A stretch of 63,921 nt of DNA, filler included, from Octopus bimaculoides (GCF_001194135.2; 7 parts of 6 records of this genome joined end to end with filler, not necessarily neighbours in it); one strand, 5' to 3'; positions 51,581 to 62,940 are shown, counted from the first letter of the whole stretch. Numbers and translations are program-made. Notes: generated by a model not told the origin, from the letters alone.

Positions 51581-52799
51581 GTAATGGCGACATAGTTCTA
51601 AATATATTGGAACAGCAAATATTCTATCTTTTCTTAGCTATCGTTGTGAAAGTTTCGAAGAGAGTTGCAGCAAAAGAGACAACCGAGACAATGGATGATG
51701 TCTGCGACAATTTTTGGATTATTTTCATTTAGATGTTCTACTTTACTTGGGATACATAACCGAGAATTTGTGGGTCTAAGAAGCACAACCCTAAAAGTGA
51801 TGGGGTGTGTTAGAGGACCATCGACGAGGGAGCGTACTGAAACCCGGTGGAGCACAAAGAGAGTGGCGTTGTGGGGCACAGCTCCGAGATGGGTCACAGA
51901 AGCGGCACGATTTTAACACAGAGTAACACAGCTTTGAAACTTCGTTGAGCATATTAGTTTTGTGGAATATTTGCAGCATCAGAGTTCAGAGATACACAAC
52001 AGGGGCCCAGTTGAGAGACTCAAACTCGGATCACAACAACGACACAACTTCACTCAAGGCAAGCAACTTTCGCAATTATTGTTTTTTTCTTTATTACTTC
52101 TCTGTCAATTCTCTTACGTTCTTTCCCTGACAGTACCCCGTTCTCATTCACATGGTCTACACATACACATGATTTTTCAATCTCCGATAGAAACCGAAAT
52201 TTTGTTTGTAAAAAGAAAAAAAAAAGGAATAAAAGCCTATTTAAAAAAAAATATCACTTAAAATTATTGATTAATATTTTTCGTAACCATATTATCAATT
52301 ATTACATAATTATTCAGTCAACCCAAAGTAAAGAGAAACACAACGAACTCGTTACATTCAAAGATGATATGTTATACAGTTGAATGAATGGAAAGAAAAA
52401 AATTCTTTGTCGTTTACTCACCAACATTCTGCAAATAAATTGTTTTTCAGTTATCAACTCTCAGATTTCACATCCAGCATTTTAAGACATAACTCCGCAT
52501 CTTTTTACTTATAGGAGGAGTATCTTTTGAAAACAAAATATAAAACCTCATAAATTTCTTTTACTCAATTCACACAATGTTGTCTCGGACTTGGTTTAAG
52601 AAAAAAATCAATATTTGTTGGTTTCTCGTCCTTTTAAATTCCTGCTCGAAACTTCGGAACTATTTCATTTCTCTTACATGGATTGTGGCACAATTTCATT
52701 TTTCTCTCGGAAAGAAAATAATTAAACAAAAGTAATCCCTGATTACTTACATGTCGACAGAAGGAACTACAACGCAATTGTCTGGATTTTTATACTCAG

Positions 52800-53514
52800 A
52801 GTGTTTTCAAAGAAATTCCAACAAATAAGTCAAACTGATTCGAATTCTCTTGTTTCGTATTCATTCAAAATGAAACGATCACCGAATCAACTCGAGATGA
52901 ATCTTCACTTGGTTCCAACGTCATCACCACTGACAGATACAAAAATGAAATTTCTACGAATTATTTTAATCAACAAGCAATATTTAAACGAAGGAAAATG
53001 GTACTATTCCGAAATGAGCAGGGAGAAGGCACACCACATTCTATTAAATACCGAAAATGGAACCTTTCTCTTACGAAACAGTTTTAATTCAGAGAATGTG
53101 TTTGCATTGTCGGTGAAAACCTTCGACAAAGTGATTAGTACCAAAATTATTTCCCGCTACAATTTCTTTCATTTGGATTGTGTCAAAGAAGCCCAAAATA
53201 AAATACCTCTTTTTCAAACCGTTATTGAACTTGTACAGTTTTATTCCAATCGTTGTTCAAAAGGACCCCGACATGAAAGAGGGATTCAAAACCATTGGTG
53301 CTGGTTCGATAGCTCTGTCAACAAACACATACCAATAATTCTGGAAATTCCATTAAGACACTCAGTTCCAACATTAAAACATCTCTGCAGACTCGTGATC
53401 AATGTGTCAGTTGAGAAAACGGAGGCAGAGACCCCACTTCATTATTCCATACGAAAATTACCACTTCCACCTTTTCTCAAAGACTATGTCAGTTCCTATC
53501 CATTTGTTATTTAA
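52800..53514 (+). CDS. SOCS: Suppressor of cytokine signalling (SOCS2/CIS-like): SH2 domain plus SOCS box
   Basis: SH2: WYYSEMSREKAHHILLNTENGTFLLRNS...FALSVKT. SOCS box: VPTLKHLCRLVIN...KLPLPPFLKDYVSSYP. The first in-frame ATG inside this exon is 52870; AATAAA at 53805. Exact orthology is not determined. Confidence 0.93.
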
Positions 53515-54856
53515 GTGAGCGAATGGTAACATACACAGAATTAAATATTTCATGAAATCGAAATTAAAGCAACTTGCTATCTATTTATTTATTGCAAATA
53601 TTTATGACTTAAAAAAAATCGTGTTTATGAGATTTTTCAATCAAAAAGAATCAAAATGTTAAAATCTTTTAATTAATAATACACAGTAATTCAAACTGTC
53701 ACCAAGAATTAAATAGGGTTTTGGGGCTACAGGTACTGTAAGGTCTTTAGTAATATTTTCAAAAGTGGGGAATGAGAAAAACTAAATAACCAGGTTAACA
53801 TTGAAATAAAAACGCTCCTTTTAGCCATAGATATATTCAATACGTTTTTGGATTTGGGTTGCAAGATTCTTTATGTGAGTGTTGAAGCATCTTTTGTTGT
53901 CTGGAGAGAGTCATTCTCTTTTGGTACCTTATAATTTAACACACTCACCGCTAAAATTTCCACTTATTTCTTTGTTTATTTTTCTAAAATTTTCGTTTCG
54001 TCTTGCAACCTTTTCAATAGCTTTGACTCTTTAATACAACTACTACATATGTGCGAGAGAGAATGAGAAAGCTGTTATTGTATTTAGGACACCAGTTTCA
54101 CTTTCGTTATAACTGGTCATTAACAAAGTGAAAGTGATGCTTTGAAGGCAAGGATAGCCGTGTGTTTGCGTGTGCGATCCAAATCAGAAGATGAAAGAAG
54201 AGTTTAGCACATCCATATATATACGTATCTCCTTTTCCCCCTCGTATTTCCTCTCTTTCTCTTTTCCTCTCGTTGCTCACCTATTCTACTTCCTCCCTCT
54301 CTTTCTCCCTCTACCACTCTCTCTCTCTTCCCTTTACACCGGCATGGTCACATGCTTCCGGTCAATAATCCTTTCCTTCCTTGGCTTTCGCCAAGTAACG
54401 CACGCCACCACTTTGTCTCTCTCGGTTCCGTGCCTCATCGCGTTCATACACACATAATTTTTCTCGTCTGGCCGTAAAGCCTTTTCTGTTTGTTTTCCTG
54501 TCTTGTTTTTTGTCCGCCACTACATTCCTCCATGGCTAGATTTAATTTGNNNNNNNNNNNNNNNNNNNNNNNNNNNNNNNNNNNNNNNNNNNNTTAATTA
54601 ATTAANNNNNNNNNNNNNNNNNNNNNNNNNNNNNNNNNNNNNNNNNNNNATATATAAAGTGAATGCTTATAGGCATATATATCCAGAGATTGTAAGTGTA
54701 GTATCAAGTAGCTCATGCGAGGTTCGTTTCAATCCTTGGCTCACTGCAGCACAATTAATACAATTAGATTTATAGAAACAAAACACTGTAAACAGAGAAA
54801 CAAACATGAGTATGACATTTTTCTGAGTTCCTATGTGTCGCTGTGTAACTGTTTTA

Positions 54857-54903
<47 letters not shown>

Positions 54904-55182
54904 ATATTAAAATATATCATATGATTATAATATATATGTATATATTTAGCGTGTCTTGGTGCTTGTGTAACATAATTTATTGAATATAAGCTCTCGGATG
55001 TTTTCTATCAGCCCCCCACTGTCAGTCTGTCTGTCTATCTGTCTATCTGTCTGTTTGTCTATCTGTTTGTCTGTCTGTCTGTATCTCTCTCTCTCTCTCT
55101 CTCTCTCTCGCTCTCTCAATGTTTCTTTGTAGAAATATATATTTGTATGTTTGTCTATATACATATGTGTTTGTGCTTGTGC

Positions 55183-55227
<45 letters not shown>

Positions 55228-55316
55228 TGTTTAAGCGTGTATGTATATGTCTGTCTGGCTACATGTATGTATGTATATATGTATGTGAGTGTGTGCGTAT
55301 GCATGTGTGTATACAC

Positions 55317-55355
<39 letters not shown>

Positions 55356-55493
55356 TACATTGATGTAAAAGATTAAAAAGTCTCTCAAAACTGTAAGTGT
55401 AATAATATTTGAAGAATATAGATAGTGTATTTATATGCATACACACATATATGTTTACACACTCACACTCATATATATATATATGTATATATA

Positions 55494-55732
55494 TTAGGTT
55501 GGTGCATAATTATTGCGGCTTTTTTTCAACAAATTTCATTCAATAAAAACAATAACAAAACATTTTTAAATGACGGTCTGACCATCTGCCAACCAAATGC
55601 GGAGCAGTAATTGAAGTAGATGGTGAATATGCTCCAGAATAATCATTTAAAGATGTTTTTGTTTCATGTTGTATTTGCTGAATAAATTTTGTTAAAAGAA
55701 AAAAAGGCTGCAATAATTATGCACCAACCCAA
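55494..55732 (+). mobile_element. Mariner (Hsmar1/MADE1-like TIR) non-autonomous element
   Basis: TA-TTAGGTTGGTGCATAATTATTGC...GCAATAATTATGCACCAACCCAA-TA; retains the transposase tail LPTKCGAVIEVDGEYAPE*. Confidence 0.9.
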
Positions 55733-56012
55733 TACACACATAATATACTCTTAGTTGTTTCCTGAATACATACGTGTGCATTTTATTGCGTACTTTTACT
55801 AATACAGATATGAATATGCTACTGTAAACAAACCTATGAATCCGTTCGTCCACGTAAACACATAAACCTCTGAGTATCAACAGTTTAATTTCTCAGATTT
55901 TAGCAAATTTATCAACATGTACAAGTGATGTGTATACCTGTAGAATGTGAGTGATTGTAATGTATTGAAAGACGGCGCTTCAGATATGCATATGTGTATG
56001 AATGCGTATGAT

Positions 56013-56067
<55 letters not shown>

Positions 56068-56398
56068 GTGTGTTGTTTGTGTGCATGCATGTGTGTGTGT
56101 GTGTTGTTTGTGTGCATGCATGTGTGTGATGTGTGATGTGTTAGTGTTTTGTATCGATTTAGATATAATTATATGGATATGAGATTATATATATTTCTTG
56201 TGTTGCCTTTGTTATATATTTATACATGCCTTCATGTGTATACAAGTTTATATGAATATACGTTTTTTTTTTTAAACAGACCGTTCTTTAGTTTATTTTT
56301 AAAGTTCACAGTTTCTTTATAGAATTGTCAATGGCTCTTATTTAATATCCATGTGGCATGTGAGAGAAAAACAACATTTCTTCTTCAGGTAATGCTGA

Positions 56399-57631
56399 TC
56401 ATTTTTTACAGTTAATAAATATTTCTTTCAATTGATTTTTAAAATTTCTGTTCATAAAGGCATAAACTACTGGGTTGGCAATATTATAAGAAAAATACAT
56501 ATAAAATACGATAATGTTCATCTGTATATAGCGATGGGCCATCAGCCAAGAGGGCAGAAAAGCCAACACAAAAACTAATGTAACAACAAACAACATGGCA
56601 GCTGTCTTAAGGTTTGCTATGCGGACCTTTTCAAGCTTTGCCCGAGTTCCGTGTTTCAGTATGGCGTCCTTCTCGGCTTTAACGCCGTGTTTAATCGGTT
56701 TATCATTTGAATCGGTGTTGACAGTTGTAATTTCTGTCTCTTCCGCACTGGGTTGTGAGTCGTCACTCCAAAACAGACAGCACTTGTTCGTGACAATTTT
56801 CAGTCTTTGTTTTCGTCTTGATAGTACACTGCGATAAATTAACGCATACAAAAATGCGACAATTACGAGCGATATGAGAAATAGTGAGGAATAAATCGTT
56901 TGGTAAACGGTGAACACTTTCCGTGGCAAAATAAGGAAACTAATGTCACATATCCCTGTGTAACATATCGTACGGTTGGCATTGTTATTTTCGAGTGATG
57001 CTGATGATGCGCCATTGCCATCTACGTAAGCAGCATATGTGTCCGTCTCGTATGTGTAGTTAGAAAATATACCCGTAACTGGCGTTGAATTCATTAGATG
57101 AGTACCATTCTCAATAATTACATCTATATCTTTGAACTTGTACACGCTATATGCAAGTGATCCGATGATGCCCAATGTCACAGCAACTGCACCAAGTAGT
57201 GCAACGAGAATCTGTGCGCGCCTTGTCGTCATAGCTCGCACAAATGGATGACATATGCAAAGATATCGGTCAGATGCAATGGCCACCATTACTAACGCAG
57301 AAAATGGCACTGTCGTCGTCTGTAAAAAGTGATACATTTTGCAAACAGCATCATTCTGGACGTAATACAGCACGTATTCTATAGCCACTGTTGAAGGTAT
57401 TGTTAAAAGACACGTGATGAAATCCATTCCAGCCAAAGCTAAAATAAATATTGTCGAGGTCAGCTTCTGCTTTGTGTTCGAAAACACGTAGAGTACGAGT
57501 GCATTGCCGATGGTTCCACTGATGGAGAATATTATGAGAATGACCATCACAAAATACATATTGTCATCCCATTCCACACCGCTGTCCGCTGCCGTTGAAT
57601 TTTCTGATGCTGGGTTGCATGGCTCATACAT
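56399..57631 (-). CDS. Class A (rhodopsin-family) peptide-type orphan GPCR, 410 aa, single coding exon
   Basis: Seven hydrophobic segments with GN (TM1), LAxxD (TM2), ECL1/TM3 Cys, DRYxxICHP, FLP (TM6) and NPVVY (TM7). A polypyrimidine/AG acceptor at 57651-57652 lies 19 nt before the ATG, with an in-frame upstream TGA. Confidence 0.95.
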   Translation of the reverse strand: MYEPCNPASENSTAADSGVEWDDNMYFVMVILIIFSISGTIGNALVLYVFSNTKQKLTSTIFILALAGMDFITCLLTIPSTVAIEYVLYYVQNDAVCKMYHFLQTTTVPFSALVMVAIASDRYLCICHPFVRAMTTRRAQILVALLGAVAVTLGIIGSLAYSVYKFKDIDVIIENGTHLMNSTPVTGIFSNYTYETDTYAAYVDGNGASSASLENNNANRTICYTGICDISFLILPRKVFTVYQTIYSSLFLISLVIVAFLYALIYRSVLSRRKQRLKIVTNKCCLFWSDDSQPSAEETEITTVNTDSNDKPIKHGVKAEKDAILKHGTRAKLEKVRIANLKTAAMLFVVTLVFVLAFLPSWLMAHRYIQMNIIVFYMYFSYNIANPVVYAFMNRNFKNQLKEIFINCKK

Positions 57632-57909
57632 CGTTCGTCAGTTGGTCTTTCTGCAATATAGAAAGGTGAAAGGTGAAAAACGTCATCAAAATAGAATGAA
57701 AAAGTATAGCTATGTGTATGTATGTATGTATGTATGTATGTATGTATGTATGTATGTATGTATGTATGTATGTATGTATGCATATATGTAAGTATATATA
57801 TATATATATNNNNNNNNNNNNNNNNNNNNNNNNNNNNNNNNNNNNNNNNNNNNTTAATTAATTAANNNNNNNNNNNNNNNNNNNNNNNNNNNNNNNNNNN
57901 NNNNNNNNN

Positions 57910-57928
57910 TTATGGGTATGTGTGTGTG

Positions 57929-57959
<31 letters not shown>

Positions 57960-57993
57960 GGATATATGTATGTGTTATGGGTATGTGTGTGTG

Positions 57994-58024
<31 letters not shown>

Positions 58025-58058
58025 GGATATATGTATGTGTTATGGGTATGTGTGTGTG

Positions 58059-58089
<31 letters not shown>

Positions 58090-58090
58090 A
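57910..58090. repeat. 65-bp tandem repeat built from microsatellite blocks
   Basis: TTATGGGTATG recurs at 57910, 57975 and 58040. Confidence 0.9.
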
Positions 58091-59375
58091 CACACACATA
58101 TTAATAGTATTTTATACGCTTAAAGCTTATAAGCGATCATCGTGCAATGATTAAAGACAAGAATCTAATAATGAGGCATAGAAGCTCTCGACTGAAAAAA
58201 CGGTAGGATTTCCCCTTTGCGCCCGTCGTTGTCAACGATGACCAAGGATATCAAATGAGAGGAGACTTGTTACGTTGTGTGCGGCTGTGGCCGATCAGTT
58301 CAATGCTTGCTCGGAAGGTTCCGCCGCAGGACGAACACTGCTTGTCTGCTGGAACTGAAGGCAAAGAGCTAGCTCTGGTCGGGCGCTGTTCGCGTTTTCT
58401 TTGTGCCTCCGCAATTCTTTTCTGTACGTAGGAAATGGGAACTCTGTTGGTGCAGCTTCGCCATGAAGGGCAGTGTTGTGCTTGCGTTTCCCAGGTGTCG
58501 AGTTTGGTGTCAAAGCTCTTCAGTGAGGCTGTTTGAGTGTATCATTGAAGGGCTTTTACTGTCCACTTTGCGTGGTGCGCTTACGTTGCACCAGTTAGAA
58601 ATTAATGATCGAAGTAATCCAGCGCACTCCATGCGAAAACCCTGACTAAGAGAATTGTGAAACGAAGAAGATACAAATCTGAAGAGTTTAATTCCAGAGA
58701 ACGATCGATACAAACTGCAAATGTGAGGATATTCACGAATCAATTGGTTGGTGCATTTATGACAGAATAAGAGATCAATAAGGTTTTTTTTTTAGAAAAA
58801 GGACAATGTTATTACATAACTTTATTCAAGGTTACGATTGTTTCGGATGGTTAGAGGAACTAATTAATCGTTATACATTGGTTTGTATGCAAAATTAAGC
58901 AATCAATTATTTAATTAACCAATCAATTAATTGATACCATAGTTAGCCCTTAACCACTTTTGTCAGACATTACCGTCGTTGTACTAGATTCTTAGTTTCC
59001 AACAAACATACTGTGGTGGAAACAGGTCTTGCATAATATCAGAGATTTAAACATCAAAGATTCCTCTTCCAGATAATACAGTTAATGGGGTTTGTACGCA
59101 TCTGACATATCAAATTAATTTCCTTGATTTAGTAAACTCTTTCCAAAATCAGAGTCCATAGAGGTCAAGATGTTAGAAATAATAAAAATTATGCCAGTAC
59201 TGTGAATGAATTCAGAGGAAAGGGAATTACTAGTATATTTGAACTAATCTAATCACTAAAACGATTGTAATTTAAAACCGAAAATATTTGAAAGTAACTA
59301 AAAAAGAAGAGAAGTATGGAGTTGGGCTTCGACTGGGGATGTGATGGGTTTGAAAATTATTAAATTCCCATCTCT

Positions 59376-59534
59376 AGGCGCAGGCGTAACTGTGTGGTAA
59401 GAAGCTTGCTTCCCAACCACACAGTTCCGGGTTCAGTCCTGCTGCGTGACATCTTGAGCAAGAATCTTCTACTATAGTCTCAAGCCGACCAAAGCCTTGT
59501 GAGTAGATTTGTAAGACGGAAACTGAAAGAAGTC
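59376..59534 (+). mobile_element. SINE family A, 5' half
   Basis: Colinear with 25807-25965. Confidence 0.85.
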
Positions 59535-59573
59535 TATCTTAGGAATGAGAACCCAGGTCCGAAATTTCCCCAA

Positions 59574-59619
59574 AACACCTGATGAAGGCTGGAGGGTATA
59601 TCAGCCGAAATGTTGCGTT
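59574..59619 (+). ncRNA. Minimal type I hammerhead ribozyme motif (degenerate) in a Penelope-type repeat (59539-59709)
   Basis: AACAC-CTGATGA-A-GGCTG(G)-loop-(T)CAGCC-GAA-ATGT-T-GCGTT: intact core, perfect stem II, stem I with 1 mismatch, and ATGT in place of the palindromic ACGT. Confidence 0.6.
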
Positions 59620-59759
59620 AACAACAAACAAGATGAGGAGAAATATCCGTCAAATGTAAATAATGTAAATAATGTACATAATTCCTCATCTCTTAAATAT
59701 GGAACTGTATCATCATGATTACTATTAAACCTAGTGCATGCCATATTACTTAACAAGAA

Positions 59760-60400
59760 TGTTACCTAGAGGTTTGGTGGTGCCAAGTCTGCTCAAATCT
59801 CAGGTATCTTTGGTTTTGCTTTTTGTAAGATTCTTGCAGAATATAGTGGAGGCGCAATGGCCCAGTGGTTAGGGCATCGGACTCGCGGTCATAGGATCGC
59901 GGTTTCAATTCCCAGAGTGTTTATTGATCGAAAACACCTAAAGCTCCACGAGGCTCCGGCAGGGGATGGTGGCGAACCCTGCTGTACTCTTTCACCACAA
60001 CTTTCTCTCACTCTTTCTTCCTGTTTCTGTTGTGCCTGTAATTCAAAGGGTCAGCCTTGTCACACTGTGTCACGCTGAATATCCCCGAGAACTACGTTAA
60101 GGGTACACGTGTCTGTGGAGTGCTCAGCCACTTGCAAGTTAATTTCACGAGCAGGCTGTTCCGTTGATCGGATCAACTGGAACCCTCGTCGTCGTAAGCG
60201 ACGGAGTGCCAACATAGCAGAATATAAGATGGTATTTCTCTGCAGATCAGCAATGCGGGTTCCAATTCCAGTATGTTTAGATCTTTTAGGCTGCATTTTG
60301 GGTCTTGTGCCAAATGTGCCAATTACCACCAGAAGAATTGTTGTCTTAGTTTTCCGCAGACCACTCAAGCCCTCCGGTTCGATCCCGGTATTTCTCAATT
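59760..60400 (-). mobile_element. R4/Dong-type LINE 3' fragment interrupted by a SINE
   Basis: KTKTTILLVVIGTFGTRPK...GIGTRIADLQRNTILYSA continues as RILQKAKPKIPEI* once the SINE and one TSD copy are removed. Confidence 0.75.
59846..60216 (+). mobile_element. Full-length SINE family C with TSD
   Basis: tRNA-like head GGCCCAGTGGTTAGGGC..GGACTCGCGG; flanked by the 10-bp direct repeat GCAGAATATA (59836-59845, 60217-60226). Confidence 0.92.
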
Positions 60401-60412
60401 TTCAATACCACA

Positions 60413-60665
60413 CAGCATGGCTGTGTGGTACGAAGTTTGCTTCCCAACCACATGGTTCCGGGTTCAGTCCCACTGCGTAGCACTTTGGGCAAGTGTCTTC
60501 AACTTTAGCATCAGGCCGACCAAATCCTTGTGAGTGGATTTGGTAGACGGAAACCGAAGGAAGCCCGTCGTATATATGTATGTACGTGTGTGTGTGTGTG
60601 TATGTTTGTCTCCATGCTCGTCCATTCCACCGCTTGTCAACCGGTGTCGATGTGTTTACATCCCC
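60413..60665 (+). mobile_element. SINE family A, 3'-truncated
   Basis: Colinear with the 25807 copy. Confidence 0.85.
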
Positions 60666-60684
60666 TTTTTCTGATTTTCTTTTT

Positions 60685-60875
60685 CATCACCACCATCATC
60701 ATCATCATCATCATCGTCGTCATCATCGTCACTATAATCATTATCTCATTATAACCAACATCCTCGTCGTCATCTTTGTCGTAGCCGCTGCTTTCATCAT
60801 CATCATCATCATCTTTGTCATCATCACCAACAATTTTTTCTTCATCTTTACGCACTTTTGGCCAACGACAGAGAT

Positions 60876-60916
<41 letters not shown>

Positions 60917-60975
60917 ATACTACCACCACCGCCGCCACCACCACTATCACAACTACCTCGCCATCGCTACCATAA
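60685..60975. repeat. Compound (CAT/CGT/CTA/CCA)n trinucleotide field
   Basis: Direct observation. Confidence 0.9.
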
Positions 60976-61354
60976 CGACATAAAAAAAAATAGCTGAGGC
61001 AGATCAAGTCAACCCATCACCTCCAAGCTACAACAGCTCCACCTCTGCCCCTAGAATCCCTCCNNNNNNNNNNNNNNNNNNNNNNNNNNNNNNNNNNNNN
61101 NNNNNNNNNNNNNNNNNNNNNNNNNNNNNNNNNNNNNNNNNNNNNNNNNNNNNNNNNNNNNNNNNNNNNNNNNNNNNNNNNNNNNNNNNNNNNNNNNNNN
61201 NNNNNNNNNNNNNNNNNNNNNNNNNNNNNNNNNNNNNATATACCAATATAAAGAATAGTAAACTGAGAATTATGTAAATTATCGTAAAAAAAATATATTT
61301 TCAGCATTATTTTTTTCTCCTTCCATTTAACAATTCACTTTATCCATTGTAAAT

Positions 61355-61364
61355 ATCATTATTA

Positions 61365-61410
<46 letters not shown>

Positions 61411-61413
61411 CAT

Positions 61414-61474
<61 letters not shown>

Positions 61475-61530
61475 GCTGCTGCAGCTGCCACTACTGCTTT
61501 TATTATTATTATTATCGTTATTATTATGAT

Positions 61531-61611
<81 letters not shown>

Positions 61612-61689
61612 AACTACTACTATTGTTATTATTATAATTACAAGAGAAATCATTGTCATCATCATCATCATCATCATCATCATTATTAC

Positions 61690-61728
<39 letters not shown>

Positions 61729-61735
61729 CATTATT
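61355..61735. repeat. Large compound trinucleotide array (ATT/ACT/GCT/AAT/ATC)
   Basis: Direct observation. Confidence 0.95.
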
Positions 61736-62027
61736 TAAATGTGACATAATGAATGCAACACTATCTTGTTCCCGTTATTCAATTCCCTTTAGAATTATTG
61801 AAATGCACTCTACATTTCGCAGCCACCCGCAGATATCTTTATGCGTGTATGTGTGTGTGTGTGTGCCTCTCTGCATATACATCTGTGTGCGTGTGCGTAC
61901 ATATATCATATACAAAGTTATTACATATATGAAATTCCGTATGTGTATGCGCGTGCATATGCAATTATACATATATGTATGGGCTTATATACATATATAT
62001 ATATATATATATGCATCTATCAGAATA

Positions 62028-62079
<52 letters not shown>

Positions 62080-62229
62080 NNNNNNNNNNNNNNNNNNNNN
62101 NNNNNNNNNNNNNNNNNNNNNNNNNNNNNNNNNNNNNNNNNNNNNNNNNNNNNNNNNTATACATATATATACACACATATACTTATATACACACACAAAT
62201 ATATATATGTACTTATATGTATGCCTGTG

Positions 62230-62275
<46 letters not shown>

Positions 62276-62364
62276 TTATATACATATACACATACATACA
62301 TATATATGCATATACACACATATGTACATACGTATATATAACATACATATATATATACATATAT

Positions 62365-62425
<61 letters not shown>

Positions 62426-62702
62426 TATTCATAAATATAATATACATAGAAAAGAATTAAGAGAAAATAAAGGCAGATTGTTGAAACCAGTCGCAGCATT
62501 AAAAGAATTTTTATTGAAAAGATCAAATACTTCATAGCGAAAGATGTGGAAGACGTTACGATGGGAAATTCGGAGAGGAACGAATATATATAATAATAAA
62601 ACACAGATTCCGAATGAAAAGTATATAATGATATGAAATATATTGTTGTGCAACATACATAAATAAAAAATATAATATGAAATACGTTGTAAATTAGAAT
62701 AT

Positions 62703-62762
<60 letters not shown>

Positions 62763-62940
62763 NNNNNNNNNNNNNNNNNNNNNNNNNNNNNNNNNNNNNN
62801 NNNNNNTTAATTAATTAANNNNNNNNNNNNNNNNNNNNNNNNNNNNNNNNNNNNNNNNNNNNTATTATTATTATTATTATTATCATCATCATCATTATTA
62901 TCATTATTGTTTTGTTGTTGTTATTGTTGTTTTTATTATC

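Noticed and set aside
52415-52750. Strong minus-strand donor motifs (GTAAGT at 52745-52750, GTGAGT near 52418) suggesting an antisense gene across SOCS
   Set aside because: No coherent exon chain or reading frame links them; 6-mers are expected by chance.
53583-53604. ATTTA cluster in the SOCS 3' UTR as an AU-rich element
   Set aside because: Plausible for a SOCS mRNA but indistinguishable from background in such AT-rich DNA.
811-62716. Dozens of long ORFs made of X, or of HT/YI/CV/poly-amino-acid runs
   Set aside because: Produced by N gaps and di/trinucleotide microsatellites that lack stop codons in some frames; no coding evidence.
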